In this document: positions 46,200-55,099 of the stretch, piece after piece
Numbering within the stretch: the stretch's first letter is position 1
Layout: every line of letters begins with the position of its first letter
From: Candidatus Dormiibacterota bacterium
GTDB taxonomy: Bacteria; Chloroflexota; Dormibacteria; Dormibacterales; Dormibacteraceae
Assembly: GCA_003139695.1 (NCBI GenBank)
Contig: PLJM01000028.1
Span: forward strand, 1,573-65,572
Direction of reading: 5' to 3'
Length of the DNA stretch: 64,000 nt
Translations under genes and position numbers: made by a program
Notes under the pieces: generated by a model
The model's input: the letters and a program-made list of their open reading frames with translations, nothing else
The model's database searches: none
Told to the model about the DNA's origin: nothing

Positions 46200-46856
46200 C
46201 TAGACGCGTCCGCGGACTGACTTCTCCGTCTTCGCCTCTTCCTCTTCTCCCAACCGGCGCCCGTACCACCACGCCGCTGCCAGGATGAGCACCACGACGA
46301 TCGCCATCGGTATGGCAATCGGGCCCAGTGTCGTCGCCACCTGCTGATAGTGCTGGCCGAGCAGGTAACCCGCGTAGGCGAGCCCGATATTCCATGGAAT
46401 CGCCCCGAGCAGAGACACGACGATGAACTTCACGTAGCTGATTTTCGATAGCCCGGCCGGAAACGAAATGTACGTGCGCACGATCGGGAGCAGCCGGCCG
46501 AGAAACACGGCCCACAGGCCCCAGCGGTCGAAGAACCGATTGGCCAGTCGCAGGTGTCCTTTGCTCAGCCCCATCCACCGACCGAACCGGCTCAGCACCA
46601 CCGCTTCTCCGAATCGGCGCGTCAGGTAGAAGGCGATGAGCGAGCCGGTCAGGTTCGCCAGGCTCGAGATCACGACCACGAGGATGAGCTCGACAACAGA
46701 GGGGCCAAGACCCAGCTTTCCAAGGAACGCAAGCGCCCCACCGAGAGGGACGACGATCTCGCTGGAGATGGGCAGGCCCGCGCTCTCGCCCACCATCGTC
46801 ACGAAGATGGCGATGTAACCCCACGCGGAAACGAGGTTGATGAGCCACTGGGTCAT
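46200..46856 (-). CDS. DedA family membrane protein
   Basis: GYIAIFVTMVGESAGLPISSEIV... and RLLPIVRTYISFPAG motifs. Confidence 0.85.
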   Translation of the reverse strand: MTQWLINLVSAWGYIAIFVTMVGESAGLPISSEIVVPLGGALAFLGKLGLGPSVVELILVVVISSLANLTGSLIAFYLTRRFGEAVVLSRFGRWMGLSKGHLRLANRFFDRWGLWAVFLGRLLPIVRTYISFPAGLSKISYVKFIVVSLLGAIPWNIGLAYAGYLLGQHYQQVATTLGPIAIPMAIVVVLILAAAWWYGRRLGEEEEAKTEKSVRGRV

Positions 46857-46906
46857 AGGAGTAAAACCAGCATGACCGTCCGGCTACCCGCTAACTGCTT
46901 TGGCAT

Positions 46907-47959
46907 TCAGGACCGCTGGCCGGCCCCGATCGTCTCTTTCATCAGATCGGCTACCCGTTCAGATCGCTCGATCAGCGGGCCGTGGGCGACCCCTTCGAGA
47001 ACCTCTTCGCGCACGGGGGCTCCTGAGGATTTGTGGTATCGATCGAGCACGTGGCGAATCTGGGCCAGCATCGGTTGTGGTGGGCATAATTCGTCGCCCG
47101 GCCAGCCGGGGACCGCGCCGAGCTTGCCCAGGTAGGCAAGGTCGAACATTGATCCGTCGCTGATCACCTGGTCCTCGTCGCCACGGACCCACAGCACCGG
47201 GAACGGACGGCGTATGTCGCCGAATGCGCTCACGTCGCAGTATTTCGGCGAGAACGCGTTGTTGATGCCGCGCGTGCCTGGGCCGAACATTGGCCAGCTC
47301 GATGCCGCGACGGAATCGCCGGGATAGAAGTCTTCGCCTGTCTTGGTCAGCAAGACCTCAGACAGCAGCTCATCCTCGTCAGGCGCCTGGTACTTCGGGC
47401 TCCAGAAGAAGCTCGCCATAGTGACGCGAGGTGACGACATCGGCTCTTCCGAGGAAGTATCCCCCACCGCAAAGCGCCGCAGGAAATCGGGGTTCACGCC
47501 GCCACCGCCGCTGCCGGCGAAGTCGTCGGTGGTAACGGTGCCGTTTGCGTCGCGGGTGGCGCCGAAGCCGTACGGCGACATTGGAGCCACCAGCGTCAGG
47601 CTGGCGATGTCACCAGGGTGCTTGGTCGCATAGCCCATAGCCACCCCGCCGCCAAGCGACCAACCGCCGACGTGCAGCTTGCGCCCTGTCCAACCGATCT
47701 TCTTGACCAGGGATTCGATGTCGTCGATCCAATCGTCGAGGCCGCGCGTGGCGTCGATGGGTTTGGCCTCAGTGCGACCGAAGCCGCGAAGGTCGGGCGC
47801 GACAACGCGGACATCGTCGGGCAGTTGGTCCGCAACATCACGCCAGAACCTGCCGGTCACCAGGTTGCCGTGGATCAGAAGCACTGGTGTGCCGTTCTCG
47901 GGCCCGCTGACCCAGCAGCTGGTGCGGAGCCGGTCGGTGTCGACATCGATGCGATTCAT
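46907..47959 (-). CDS. alpha/beta hydrolase
   Basis: VLLIHGN oxyanion region and the GWSLGG nucleophile elbow. 350 aa. Confidence 0.8.
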   Translation of the reverse strand: MNRIDVDTDRLRTSCWVSGPENGTPVLLIHGNLVTGRFWRDVADQLPDDVRVVAPDLRGFGRTEAKPIDATRGLDDWIDDIESLVKKIGWTGRKLHVGGWSLGGGVAMGYATKHPGDIASLTLVAPMSPYGFGATRDANGTVTTDDFAGSGGGGVNPDFLRRFAVGDTSSEEPMSSPRVTMASFFWSPKYQAPDEDELLSEVLLTKTGEDFYPGDSVAASSWPMFGPGTRGINNAFSPKYCDVSAFGDIRRPFPVLWVRGDEDQVISDGSMFDLAYLGKLGAVPGWPGDELCPPQPMLAQIRHVLDRYHKSSGAPVREEVLEGVAHGPLIERSERVADLMKETIGAGQRS

Positions 47960-48049
47960 ATGACCCCCACGTGAGCGATTGGTCGACTGGTTTGCAGCCT
48001 CGGAGCGTACAACGAAACCTCCGGGCCAAGTTGGATGTCGGCGCGGCGG

Positions 48050-48946
48050 TCAGCGGGCCTCGACCAATGGCTCCTCCGCGGGCGCCACCGGTCGGGTCGC
48101 TCGTCTGGTCAACAGGAAAAGTCCTACGAGGATCAGAGCGAAACCGACACCGGCGCCAATGGTCAGCGGCTCGCTCAGCAGCGTCACGCCAAGCGCGAGC
48201 GCAACCGCGGGGTTGACATAGGTGATGACGGTGGCTCGCACCGGGCCGACCTCGGCGATGAGGGCAAAGAACAAAAGGAAAGCGATGGCGGTGCAGACGA
48301 CGCCAAGCAGCCCAATCGCCAGCAGCACATGGGTTGGCGGAATCGCAGAAGGAAGGTGCGAGAGACCGAGTGGCGCGTACACGATGGCGGGGAGGACAAG
48401 CGACATGGCCACCACGCCGATGGGCGGGGCCTCAGTGAGCTTGCGCGAAATGATCAATGGCCCGATTGCGTAACAGATCGCGACAAGCCCAATCTCGCCC
48501 GCGGCTCCGAGATCTCGAACCGAGACGTTGAGACCCACCAGCACCGCGACGCCGACGAAGCCGACGACCAGGCCGAACAACCGCCGCGCGTCGAACCGGT
48601 CATCGCTGCCGGTGAGCCTCCCGAGGACAACGCCGACGAAGGGAGTTGCGGCGATCAGCAGCGCGGTCAGCGAGCTCGATAACCGCAGCTCGGCATCGCT
48701 GACGAGGAACCATGGCAAGGCCACCTCGACAGCGGTGTAAAGCGCGATCCATCTCCAGTGAGGTAGCGCCGGCGCAAGGTCGCCGCGAGCGAGGGCAATG
48801 GGCACGAGGATCAGCGCGCCAATGACGGTGCGCAAGAAGACGAGGGTCACGGGGCTGACGTCGCTGACCGCGATCTTGATGAGCAGGTACGGGATGCCCC
48901 AGATGAGGCACATCGCGATGAAGAGGGCCCAACCGCGCCGGCTCAC
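48050..48946 (-). CDS. EamA/DMT family transporter
   Basis: 298 aa, about 10 TM helices, two EamA-like halves. Confidence 0.85.
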   Translation of the reverse strand: MSRRGWALFIAMCLIWGIPYLLIKIAVSDVSPVTLVFLRTVIGALILVPIALARGDLAPALPHWRWIALYTAVEVALPWFLVSDAELRLSSSLTALLIAATPFVGVVLGRLTGSDDRFDARRLFGLVVGFVGVAVLVGLNVSVRDLGAAGEIGLVAICYAIGPLIISRKLTEAPPIGVVAMSLVLPAIVYAPLGLSHLPSAIPPTHVLLAIGLLGVVCTAIAFLLFFALIAEVGPVRATVITYVNPAVALALGVTLLSEPLTIGAGVGFALILVGLFLLTRRATRPVAPAEEPLVEAR

Positions 48947-49128
48947 ATCACCCTCGAGGGCGCGGGACGCAGTCGTGCCAATCGGAATTTATCGCGTGCA
49001 CCGACGAAGTTTACCTACCGCCGATTCCTGGGCGAACTTCCGGATCCCCGACGTCAAAGTCAGGTCGGCCTAGGCCCATTTGAGGATGGCCGTCCAAGCT
49101 GTCGACGCAAACCGAAGTCGCGGTCAGG

Positions 49129-50022
49129 CTAATGAATTGTTTCCGGCTCGATGACCACGCTCGAATCCGGTTGATACAGGACCGGAAAGACGTTGTGGGA
49201 GATCAGCTCGCACGCCACCTGGTTCCCAGTCGCCCGGTCGTGTGCGGTCCGCCACAGCATGTTTTCGCGATACACCTGACCGTTCCGCATGAAGAAACGA
49301 TGCCCCTCTTCGTGGACGTGATAAGACACAGGCGGAAGTCGATCAGCCCAGATCTCCCCGCGCAACTCCGTATCTGTGAGCCACAGGTGGATCTTGTAGT
49401 TCGCCGACGTCGGGTTGTCGAACTTCAAGTCGACATAGTTGTAGAAGACGGTAGCTCCGGACCCGAATGGGACCTGCCGGCCAGAATCGGGGAACGGATC
49501 GTATCCGTGATGGTGGTGCTCGACAACCCGGAGCGGCGAATGCAGAACGAGCCAATGCAGCAGGTTCGAAAGCTGGCAGAGTCCGCCGCCTGCAGAAGAT
49601 GCCATATGGCCGTGGACCAGCACGAGGCCCGGCAGGTAGCCGTGCCGGGCGTTGGGCTCGCCGATGCAACGCCAGAAAGAGAGCTCCTGCCAGGGCCTCA
49701 ACACGCGACCCTCGATGGTTGCCAGTGCTAGCCCAAGGTTGGTCACCTTGTTTCTCTGCAGATCCATGTCGACGTCGCCAAGCTGCCTTAGGAGGATCGA
49801 CCGATGGCTTGCGACGCGGAAACCGGCCTCAAAAGTTCGATCGCTGCGGGCCGGCGCTGCTCGATCGAACATCCAGTGCAATCGCCTAGCACTGCGATGT
49901 GCGGCGACGCTTGGCCCGTAAAGCATCGGGTAACGCTCACTTAGCATCGTCTGTCCCCGAAGCAGTAACTGCAGCTCTGGCCGATCGGTTACGCAGGCCG
50001 GTGCGGTCAAACCATCACGCAC
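49129..50022 (-). CDS. VanW family protein
   Basis: GYLPGLVL...GGGLCQLSNLLHW...PFGSGATVFYNYVDLKFDN resembles the VanW domain core. Confidence 0.75.
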   Translation of the reverse strand: MRDGLTAPACVTDRPELQLLLRGQTMLSERYPMLYGPSVAAHRSARRLHWMFDRAAPARSDRTFEAGFRVASHRSILLRQLGDVDMDLQRNKVTNLGLALATIEGRVLRPWQELSFWRCIGEPNARHGYLPGLVLVHGHMASSAGGGLCQLSNLLHWLVLHSPLRVVEHHHHGYDPFPDSGRQVPFGSGATVFYNYVDLKFDNPTSANYKIHLWLTDTELRGEIWADRLPPVSYHVHEEGHRFFMRNGQVYRENMLWRTAHDRATGNQVACELISHNVFPVLYQPDSSVVIEPETIH

Positions 50023-50047
50023 GTGACCATGACCCTGAAGTGGTGGG

Positions 50048-50240
50048 CTAGTTTGCGCCGACGACCTTGAAATCCTGGTTGACGAAGATGTGGTGAGGCC
50101 AGTTGACGCCGATGTTGTGAACCTCGTACTCGCCGTTGCTCAGCTGCACGACGCGGTCGACGATGCCCCCAGGGTAGGCGGCCAGCGCAGCTTCCGTCGC
50201 GCTGTTCGCTGTCGTTTCGCTGAAGATCGAGGGACCGCGA
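50048..50240 (-). pseudogene. PepSY-domain gene fragment (5' end missing)
   Basis: The C-terminal 60 residues of the 111-aa ORF (ATEAALAAYPGGIVDRVVQLSNGEYEVHNIG...VNQDFKVVGAN) look PepSY-like. There is no signal peptide, and the upstream part overlaps the integrase relic. Confidence 0.4.
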
Positions 50241-50312
50241 TGAGCGCCGGGCGCCGAGGCAACGGCCGTCGAGAGTCTCGCAGCTGGAGAACGCTGGGTC
50301 GACCTGGACCTG

Positions 50313-50594
50313 GTGTTCCCAAGCGAGCGCGGCACACTTGCCGATGGACCGAACGTCACGCACCGCTTCCACAAACTCCTCAAGCGAGCCGAGCTTCCAC
50401 CGATGCGCTTCCACGACCTGCGTCACGCGTGCGCGTCTTTACTGCTTGTCCAGGGAGTCCACCCAAGGGTCGTCATGGAAACGCTCGGCCACAGCCAGAT
50501 CAGCTTGACGATGAACACATATAGCCATGTGCTCCCTGCGCTTCAACGTGAGGCTGCAGATCGAATGGAGGCCCTGTTAACGAACCAAGCGTAG
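50313..50594 (+). pseudogene. tyrosine recombinase/phage integrase C-terminal fragment
   Basis: LVFPSERGT...RFHDLRHACASLLL..GV....V...LGHSQISLTMNTYSHV holds only the catalytic C-terminal ~95 residues. The frame is open only back to 50244, so the N-terminal ~250 aa are absent. Confidence 0.7.
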
Positions 50595-50636
50595 GCGCTC
50601 ACAGTTAGCCTCCGACGCTGCCCAGAGGGGTGTGCG

Positions 50637-52760
50637 CTATGCGCCGTGGGTTCCGATGACCACGCTGCCGTTACTGTCCACGGCGACGCAGAGGCTAATG
50701 CTGGGACATGACACGGCGGTCAGGAAGTTGGAGCCGGCTACGTGGGTAACAGTCCACGCGGCCGCCCCCCCGGTGGGTTTGCTAGAGCTGACCACGTTGC
50801 CGCTGTAGCCCACAGCGAGGCAGAGGCTGACGCTGGTACAAGAGACGGCTGACAAGAAGTTGGAGCCAATCGGGTGGGCAACCTTCCAGCCCGCCGCCCC
50901 CCCGGTTGGTTTGGTAGAGGAGACGACGTTGCCGCTGTTGTCCACGGCGACGCAAAGGCTGGTGCTTGGACACGACACGTCCCACAGCTCAGCTCCGACC
51001 ACGTGGGCCAACTTCCAGGCCGCCGCGCCCGCGGTGGGGTTGGTGGAAGTGACCACGTTTCCGGCGATGTCCACGGCGACGCAGAGACTGTTGCTGGCAC
51101 ACGACACGCCCAACAGGCCAGCGCCGGACAGCCGGTCCACATTGGCCACCTTCCACGCCGCCGCCCCCCCGGTTGGGCTAGTGGAGGTCACCACGTTGCC
51201 CGCTTCGTCCACGGCAACGCAGAGGCCTGAGCTAGGACAGGACACGCCAGATAGGGCTTCACCGCCTAAGTAGGTCACCGTCCATGCTGCGGCCCCCCCA
51301 CCGGGGTTAGTGGAAGTGACAACATTTCCGGTTTGGTCAACGGCAACGCATAGGTTGATGCTCGGGCACGACAGGCCTGACAGGTGGTACTTGCCGGCGC
51401 CGCTGTACACGTTCGTCACAGTCCAGGCCGCAGCCCCTCCAGTGGGGTTGTTTGAGGCGACCACGTTGCCGAAATAGTCCACCGCGACACAGAGGTTGCT
51501 AGTTGGACACGACACGCTTCGCAGCTGATTTGAGCTGTCAACGTTGGTCACCGTCCAGGCCGCTGCGCCGCCGGTGGGGTTGGTAGAAGTGATCACATTG
51601 CCAATGCCGTCCGCGGCGAGGCAGAAGCTGCTGGTGGGACAGGAGACGCCGGCCAGCGAGACGCCAACCCCGTTGGCGCTGGCAACAGGATCAGTGTCGA
51701 CGTTGGTGAACTTCCAGGCCGCCGCCCCTCCGGTGGGGTTGCTAGAGGTGATCACGTCGCCGAAGTCGTCCACGGCGTTGCAAAGACTGCTGCTGGGACA
51801 GGACACCCCTGTGAGGTTGTGGGTGCCGGTCACGTGGGCCACCCTCCAGGTCGTCGCGCCCCCGGTGGGATTGGCGGAGGTGACCACGTCGCCGCCACCG
51901 ACAGCCACGCACAGGCCGGTATTGGAACAGGACACGCCTGACAGGAAGTTGGCGCCGTCGACGTTTGTCACTTTCCAGGCCGCCGCTCCCCCGGTGGGGT
52001 TGCTGGAGGCGACCGTGTTGCCAATACCGTCCACGGCGACACATAGAGAGATGCTGGGACATGACACCGCTATCAGGCCGCATGGTGGCGAGCCCTCGCC
52101 CTTAAAGCAGACGGTAGGGCCGTCCACGTGAGTCACTTTCCAGGCGGTCGCTCCACCGGCGGGGTTGGTGGAAGTGACCACGTTGCCCCCGCTGTCCACG
52201 GCGACGCAGAAGCCGCTAGTGGGACAGGAAACACCAGTGAAGCCGAAGCCGCCGCGGGTCGCGTCGGAGCTGTCTACCTTGGTCACCGTCCAGGCCGCTG
52301 CGCCACCAGTTGGGTTGGTGGATGTGGCCAATGTGTGGCTGTTCTGATCCCCGGCGACACAGAGGCTGTCGCTGGGACACGAGACGCTTGCCAGGTATGG
52401 AATGTCGTTGAACCCGTCCACGTTGGTCACCGTCCAAGCCGCCGCGCCTGCGGTGGGGTTGCTAGAAGTGATCACCTTGCCGTAATCCACGGCGACGCAA
52501 AGGCTGCTGCTCGTGCACGAGACGCCGTTAATGCCGTTTCCCCCGAATGGCGGCTGGTGATCGACGAGCACCGGTGCTGCCCACGTCAAGGGGGAGCCGG
52601 CGGTCGGGGTCAGTGTTGGAGATGCGGACGTGGTCGGGCTTGGTGTGGCTGCCATCGAGGTCGGCGTCGCGCTCGGTTGGGAGGAGGACTGTGCCTTCGG
52701 CCCGGAGGAGCTGCCGCAGGCGGTAAGGATCAGAACCACTGCGAGAACCGCGCCCCTCAT
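50637..52760 (-). CDS. lipoprotein with 14 tandem Cys-pair repeats (propeller-like, unassigned family)
   Basis: MRGAVLAVVLILTAC lipobox, S/P/T-rich linker, then 14 units of consensus VSCPSxSLCVAVDxxGNVVTSTNPTGGAAAWxVTxV. Confidence 0.8.
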   Translation of the reverse strand: MRGAVLAVVLILTACGSSSGPKAQSSSQPSATPTSMAATPSPTTSASPTLTPTAGSPLTWAAPVLVDHQPPFGGNGINGVSCTSSSLCVAVDYGKVITSSNPTAGAAAWTVTNVDGFNDIPYLASVSCPSDSLCVAGDQNSHTLATSTNPTGGAAAWTVTKVDSSDATRGGFGFTGVSCPTSGFCVAVDSGGNVVTSTNPAGGATAWKVTHVDGPTVCFKGEGSPPCGLIAVSCPSISLCVAVDGIGNTVASSNPTGGAAAWKVTNVDGANFLSGVSCSNTGLCVAVGGGDVVTSANPTGGATTWRVAHVTGTHNLTGVSCPSSSLCNAVDDFGDVITSSNPTGGAAAWKFTNVDTDPVASANGVGVSLAGVSCPTSSFCLAADGIGNVITSTNPTGGAAAWTVTNVDSSNQLRSVSCPTSNLCVAVDYFGNVVASNNPTGGAAAWTVTNVYSGAGKYHLSGLSCPSINLCVAVDQTGNVVTSTNPGGGAAAWTVTYLGGEALSGVSCPSSGLCVAVDEAGNVVTSTSPTGGAAAWKVANVDRLSGAGLLGVSCASNSLCVAVDIAGNVVTSTNPTAGAAAWKLAHVVGAELWDVSCPSTSLCVAVDNSGNVVSSTKPTGGAAGWKVAHPIGSNFLSAVSCTSVSLCLAVGYSGNVVSSSKPTGGAAAWTVTHVAGSNFLTAVSCPSISLCVAVDSNGSVVIGTHGA
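50640..52525 (-). repeat. coding tandem repeat array, 14 units of roughly 120-165 bp
   Basis: Recurrent DNA blocks such as ccaggccgccgc(c/g)cc(c/g)ccggtggggtt...gtccacggcgacgcagag. They generate several long out-of-frame ORFs on both strands. Confidence 0.85.
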
Positions 52761-52955
52761 GTAGGCCATAACTCCGACCCGGAACATAAGTTATGCCCTC
52801 CGGTAAGGATGGGTCGCGGGGGGACCAGCCGTATCACCTGACACCCGGCCACCGGGCGGATGTTCTCTGAGCCAAAACTGTTGTCAGAATTGTTGTCAAA
52901 CCGCCTCCCGATGGCGGCCAACACCACCAAGGAGGCTCGAAATGAACTCGAAAAT

Positions 52956-53032
52956 TGGTGGGCCCGGTTGGGATCGAACCAACGACCAGCCGATTATGAG
53001 TCGGCCGCTCTGACCAGCTGAGCTACGGGCCC
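52956..53032 (-). tRNA. tRNA-Met (anticodon CAT; elongator type, or tRNA-Ile2 if lysidine-modified), CCA encoded
   Basis: Reverse complement is GGGCCCGTAGCTCAGCTGGTCAGAGCGGCCGACTCATAATCGGCTGGTCGTTGGTTCGATCCCAACCGGGCCCACCA. It folds as a cloverleaf (7-bp acceptor, D, anticodon stem GCCGA/TCGGC, T arm GTTGG/CCAAC). G1-C72 argues against an initiator. Confidence 0.9.
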
Positions 53033-53114
53033 TGCGTCCGTCGGCGACTCGGACTCGCTGAGTCTATCCGGCGATGGAATGTAGACCGCGCTGCGAGGAT
53101 AACTACAGAAGACG

Positions 53115-53636
53115 ATGTCCCTGAATCTTGGACTCCTGATTCTCCGCCTAGTGGTCGGTCTCACCATGGCCGGGCACGGCGCCCAGAAAGTCTTTGGGTG
53201 GTGGGGCGGCCCTGGCCTAAACGGCTGGACCTCCTCCGTGGTCAGGCTTCGTATCCGGCCCGCCATGCCCTGGGCCTGGCTCGCCGCCGCATCTGAGCTC
53301 GGAGGCGGTCTCCTGTTGGCCCTCGGCTTCTTGTCCCCCTTGGGGAGCCTCGCGATTGCCGGCACCATGCTCGTCGCTATCGCGACAGTTCACTGGGCCA
53401 ACGGCTTTTGGGCCGGCAAGCGCGGTTATGAGTTCAACCTCAGCCTGCTGGCAGCGGCCATCGCCGTGGCCTTGACCGGCCCCGGGAAATACTCCCTGGA
53501 CCAGGCGCTTGGGTTGCACCTGCCAGAGCCGATCACAGTGATCGTCGGCTTCATCGCGGTCATCGTGGGCGTGGTGGCGACGCTGGCCTCGCGCAGTCCC
53601 AAGGTCGAAACAGAGACCAAGCCGCAGACGACCTGA
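53115..53636 (+). CDS. DoxX family membrane protein
   Basis: LLILRLVVGLTMAGHGAQKVFGWWGG. 4 TM helices. 173 aa. Confidence 0.85.
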   Translation: MSLNLGLLILRLVVGLTMAGHGAQKVFGWWGGPGLNGWTSSVVRLRIRPAMPWAWLAAASELGGGLLLALGFLSPLGSLAIAGTMLVAIATVHWANGFWAGKRGYEFNLSLLAAAIAVALTGPGKYSLDQALGLHLPEPITVIVGFIAVIVGVVATLASRSPKVETETKPQTT

Positions 53637-53692
53637 CTTAAGAAGCAGCCCTGGAGGTCGATTGCCTCGACTGTCTCCACAATTCGCGATGG

Positions 53693-53941
53693 TCAGCGCT
53701 TGACCGGGAGCAGGCCCAGCTTCTCAAGCTCGGCCAGGTACCGACGCAGGTCGGCGTCCGCGAGCAGTACAAGTATTGCCTCCATCGTTCGGCGCCTATC
53801 GTTTTTGATCGTTCGCAGGCCCACCGCCGCCTTCTGTAGCTGCTGATCGGCGGCCAGCAATTCGTCGGCATTGAAGGCGATCCCGGCCAGGCGAACCAGA
53901 ACTTCATCGGACGGCTTCGGAATGTTGGCGGCGGCGCTCAT
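53693..53941 (-). CDS. hypothetical protein
   Basis: 82 aa, helical. Its ATG overlaps (ATGA) the stop of the upstream VOC remnant frame. No family recognised. Confidence 0.35.
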   Translation of the reverse strand: MSAAANIPKPSDEVLVRLAGIAFNADELLAADQQLQKAAVGLRTIKNDRRRTMEAILVLLADADLRRYLAELEKLGLLPVKR

Positions 53942-54024
53942 CGTTCGGTTACCTCAGGTATCTCGGGAGATATACATTCGAACTCGTTGCCGTCTGGGTT
54001 CTCGACGTGGAATTCGCGATTTGA
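53938..54024 (-). pseudogene. VOC/glyoxalase-family C-terminal remnant
   Basis: Translates as SNREFHVENPDGNEFECISPEIPEVTER-stop. Compare the intact paralog C-terminus FYADDPDGNECECITYDPGHPD at 54653..55099. Confidence 0.4.
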
Positions 54025-54618
54025 CTACCGGCTGCTGGAGAACGAGCGGTTGATAACCACCGCGTCTCGCGGGTATGCAGGGTCAAAGAGGATTAGCACG
54101 TCCTGCGGAGTCGATCCCACACGCGTGATCAGATGCGGCCCGTGGAAAAGCCAGCGGTACGTTCCAACGTAAACATCGCCTTCCGAGTCCTTGACGGCCA
54201 CGTCCACCAGGACGCCGGGAGCCACAATGCCATGGTTCGATAGGCGGTAAGCGACATAGACGTGCCAAACAGTTGCCGCAAGCGGCAGCGGCGTCAAAGC
54301 CAGGGCGGCTATCCACCCGAGGGGAACAAGCCAGGCGACTTGCGCGACGGCCGCGAAGAGCGCGAATACCCACGCGCCCCGGCGCAACCATATTCCCCAG
54401 AAAGTCATCTCCCAGAACGGCTTTTGGTCCTGGCCACATTCGACCCATCGATTGGTTGCGGCCGCCATGGCTGCGCTCAGTCCGTCACCGCTGACGATGG
54501 TGTCCTTGGCAGCCTCCGCAGCACGCTCGGCGCGATCGGGAGGCCCGCCGAGGTTGACATTGACCCAGTCAGGCCAGTTGGCTACGACCGCCGGGCTGGT
54601 TTCCCCGCTGTGGCCCAT
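54025..54618 (-). CDS. DUF3592-like membrane protein
   Basis: Two TM helices followed by a beta-rich segment ending VLILFDPAYPRDAVV (DUF3592-like xDPxxP). Confidence 0.5.
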   Translation of the reverse strand: MGHSGETSPAVVANWPDWVNVNLGGPPDRAERAAEAAKDTIVSGDGLSAAMAAATNRWVECGQDQKPFWEMTFWGIWLRRGAWVFALFAAVAQVAWLVPLGWIAALALTPLPLAATVWHVYVAYRLSNHGIVAPGVLVDVAVKDSEGDVYVGTYRWLFHGPHLITRVGSTPQDVLILFDPAYPRDAVVINRSFSSSR

Positions 54619-54652
54619 CGCCAGGCGATCATAGTCGGCCCAACGGCAGCCG

Positions 54653-55099
54653 CTACCTGGGCGACCATCCCGCCAGAGTCGCGTCCGGGTGGCCCGGATC
54701 GTAAGTTATACATTCACACTCATTCCCATCCGGGTCGTCGGCGTAGAACGTGCGCACTCCCTTGAGCACCGGGTGGATCCCCAACCTCACCTCCACACCG
54801 GCCGCGATCAAACGGTCCCGGAGTTTTTCGTACTCCGCTCCTTCGACCCGAAACGCCAGGTGGTGGAGCACCCGCTTCGTCTTCTCACGCGGAAACTCCA
54901 TCGATGGGTCAGGGTGCGGCACCAGCACGATCATCTCCGGCACGCCATCGGCGCCCCCGCCTGCTCTCAGGAACTTATTCGGGACTTGCGGTGGCGAGAT
55001 GACCTCGAGCCCGAACAGATCGCGATAGAAATGCAGCGCCTTCTCCATGTCGCCCACCCACAGGACGACCTCCGCGAGGCCGGCGACGATTTGGGTCAC
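54653..55099 (-). CDS. VOC family protein (glyoxalase/bleomycin resistance/dioxygenase fold)
   Basis: 148 aa. FYRDLFGLEV, HHLAFRV, FYADDPDGNE. GTGA overlap with the upstream gene. Confidence 0.8.
   Translation of the reverse strand: MTQIVAGLAEVVLWVGDMEKALHFYRDLFGLEVISPPQVPNKFLRAGGGADGVPEMIVLVPHPDPSMEFPREKTKRVLHHLAFRVEGAEYEKLRDRLIAAGVEVRLGIHPVLKGVRTFYADDPDGNECECITYDPGHPDATLAGWSPR

Noticed and set aside
50738-52437. Regular ~130-bp periodicity that could suggest a CRISPR-like or satellite array, plus many internal ORFs on both strands
   Set aside because: The periodic units are continuous codons of one long ORF with conserved amino-acid motifs. There are no unique spacers between short identical repeats. 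They were treated as a coding repeat.
52788-52955. Direct repeat TGACAACA-n4-TGACAACA and a TTGACA hexamer upstream of the repeat lipoprotein, as a promoter/operator
   Set aside because: No convincing -10 element lies at the proper spacing. It is noted as a possible regulator site but is too weak to annotate.
54022-54027. TAG read-through or pyrrolysine decoding linking the DUF3592-like ORF to the VOC remnant
   Set aside because: There are no pyl genes and no PYLIS-like context. The downstream 28 codons are better explained as a gene remnant, and an in-frame arrangement has a one-in-three chance by itself.
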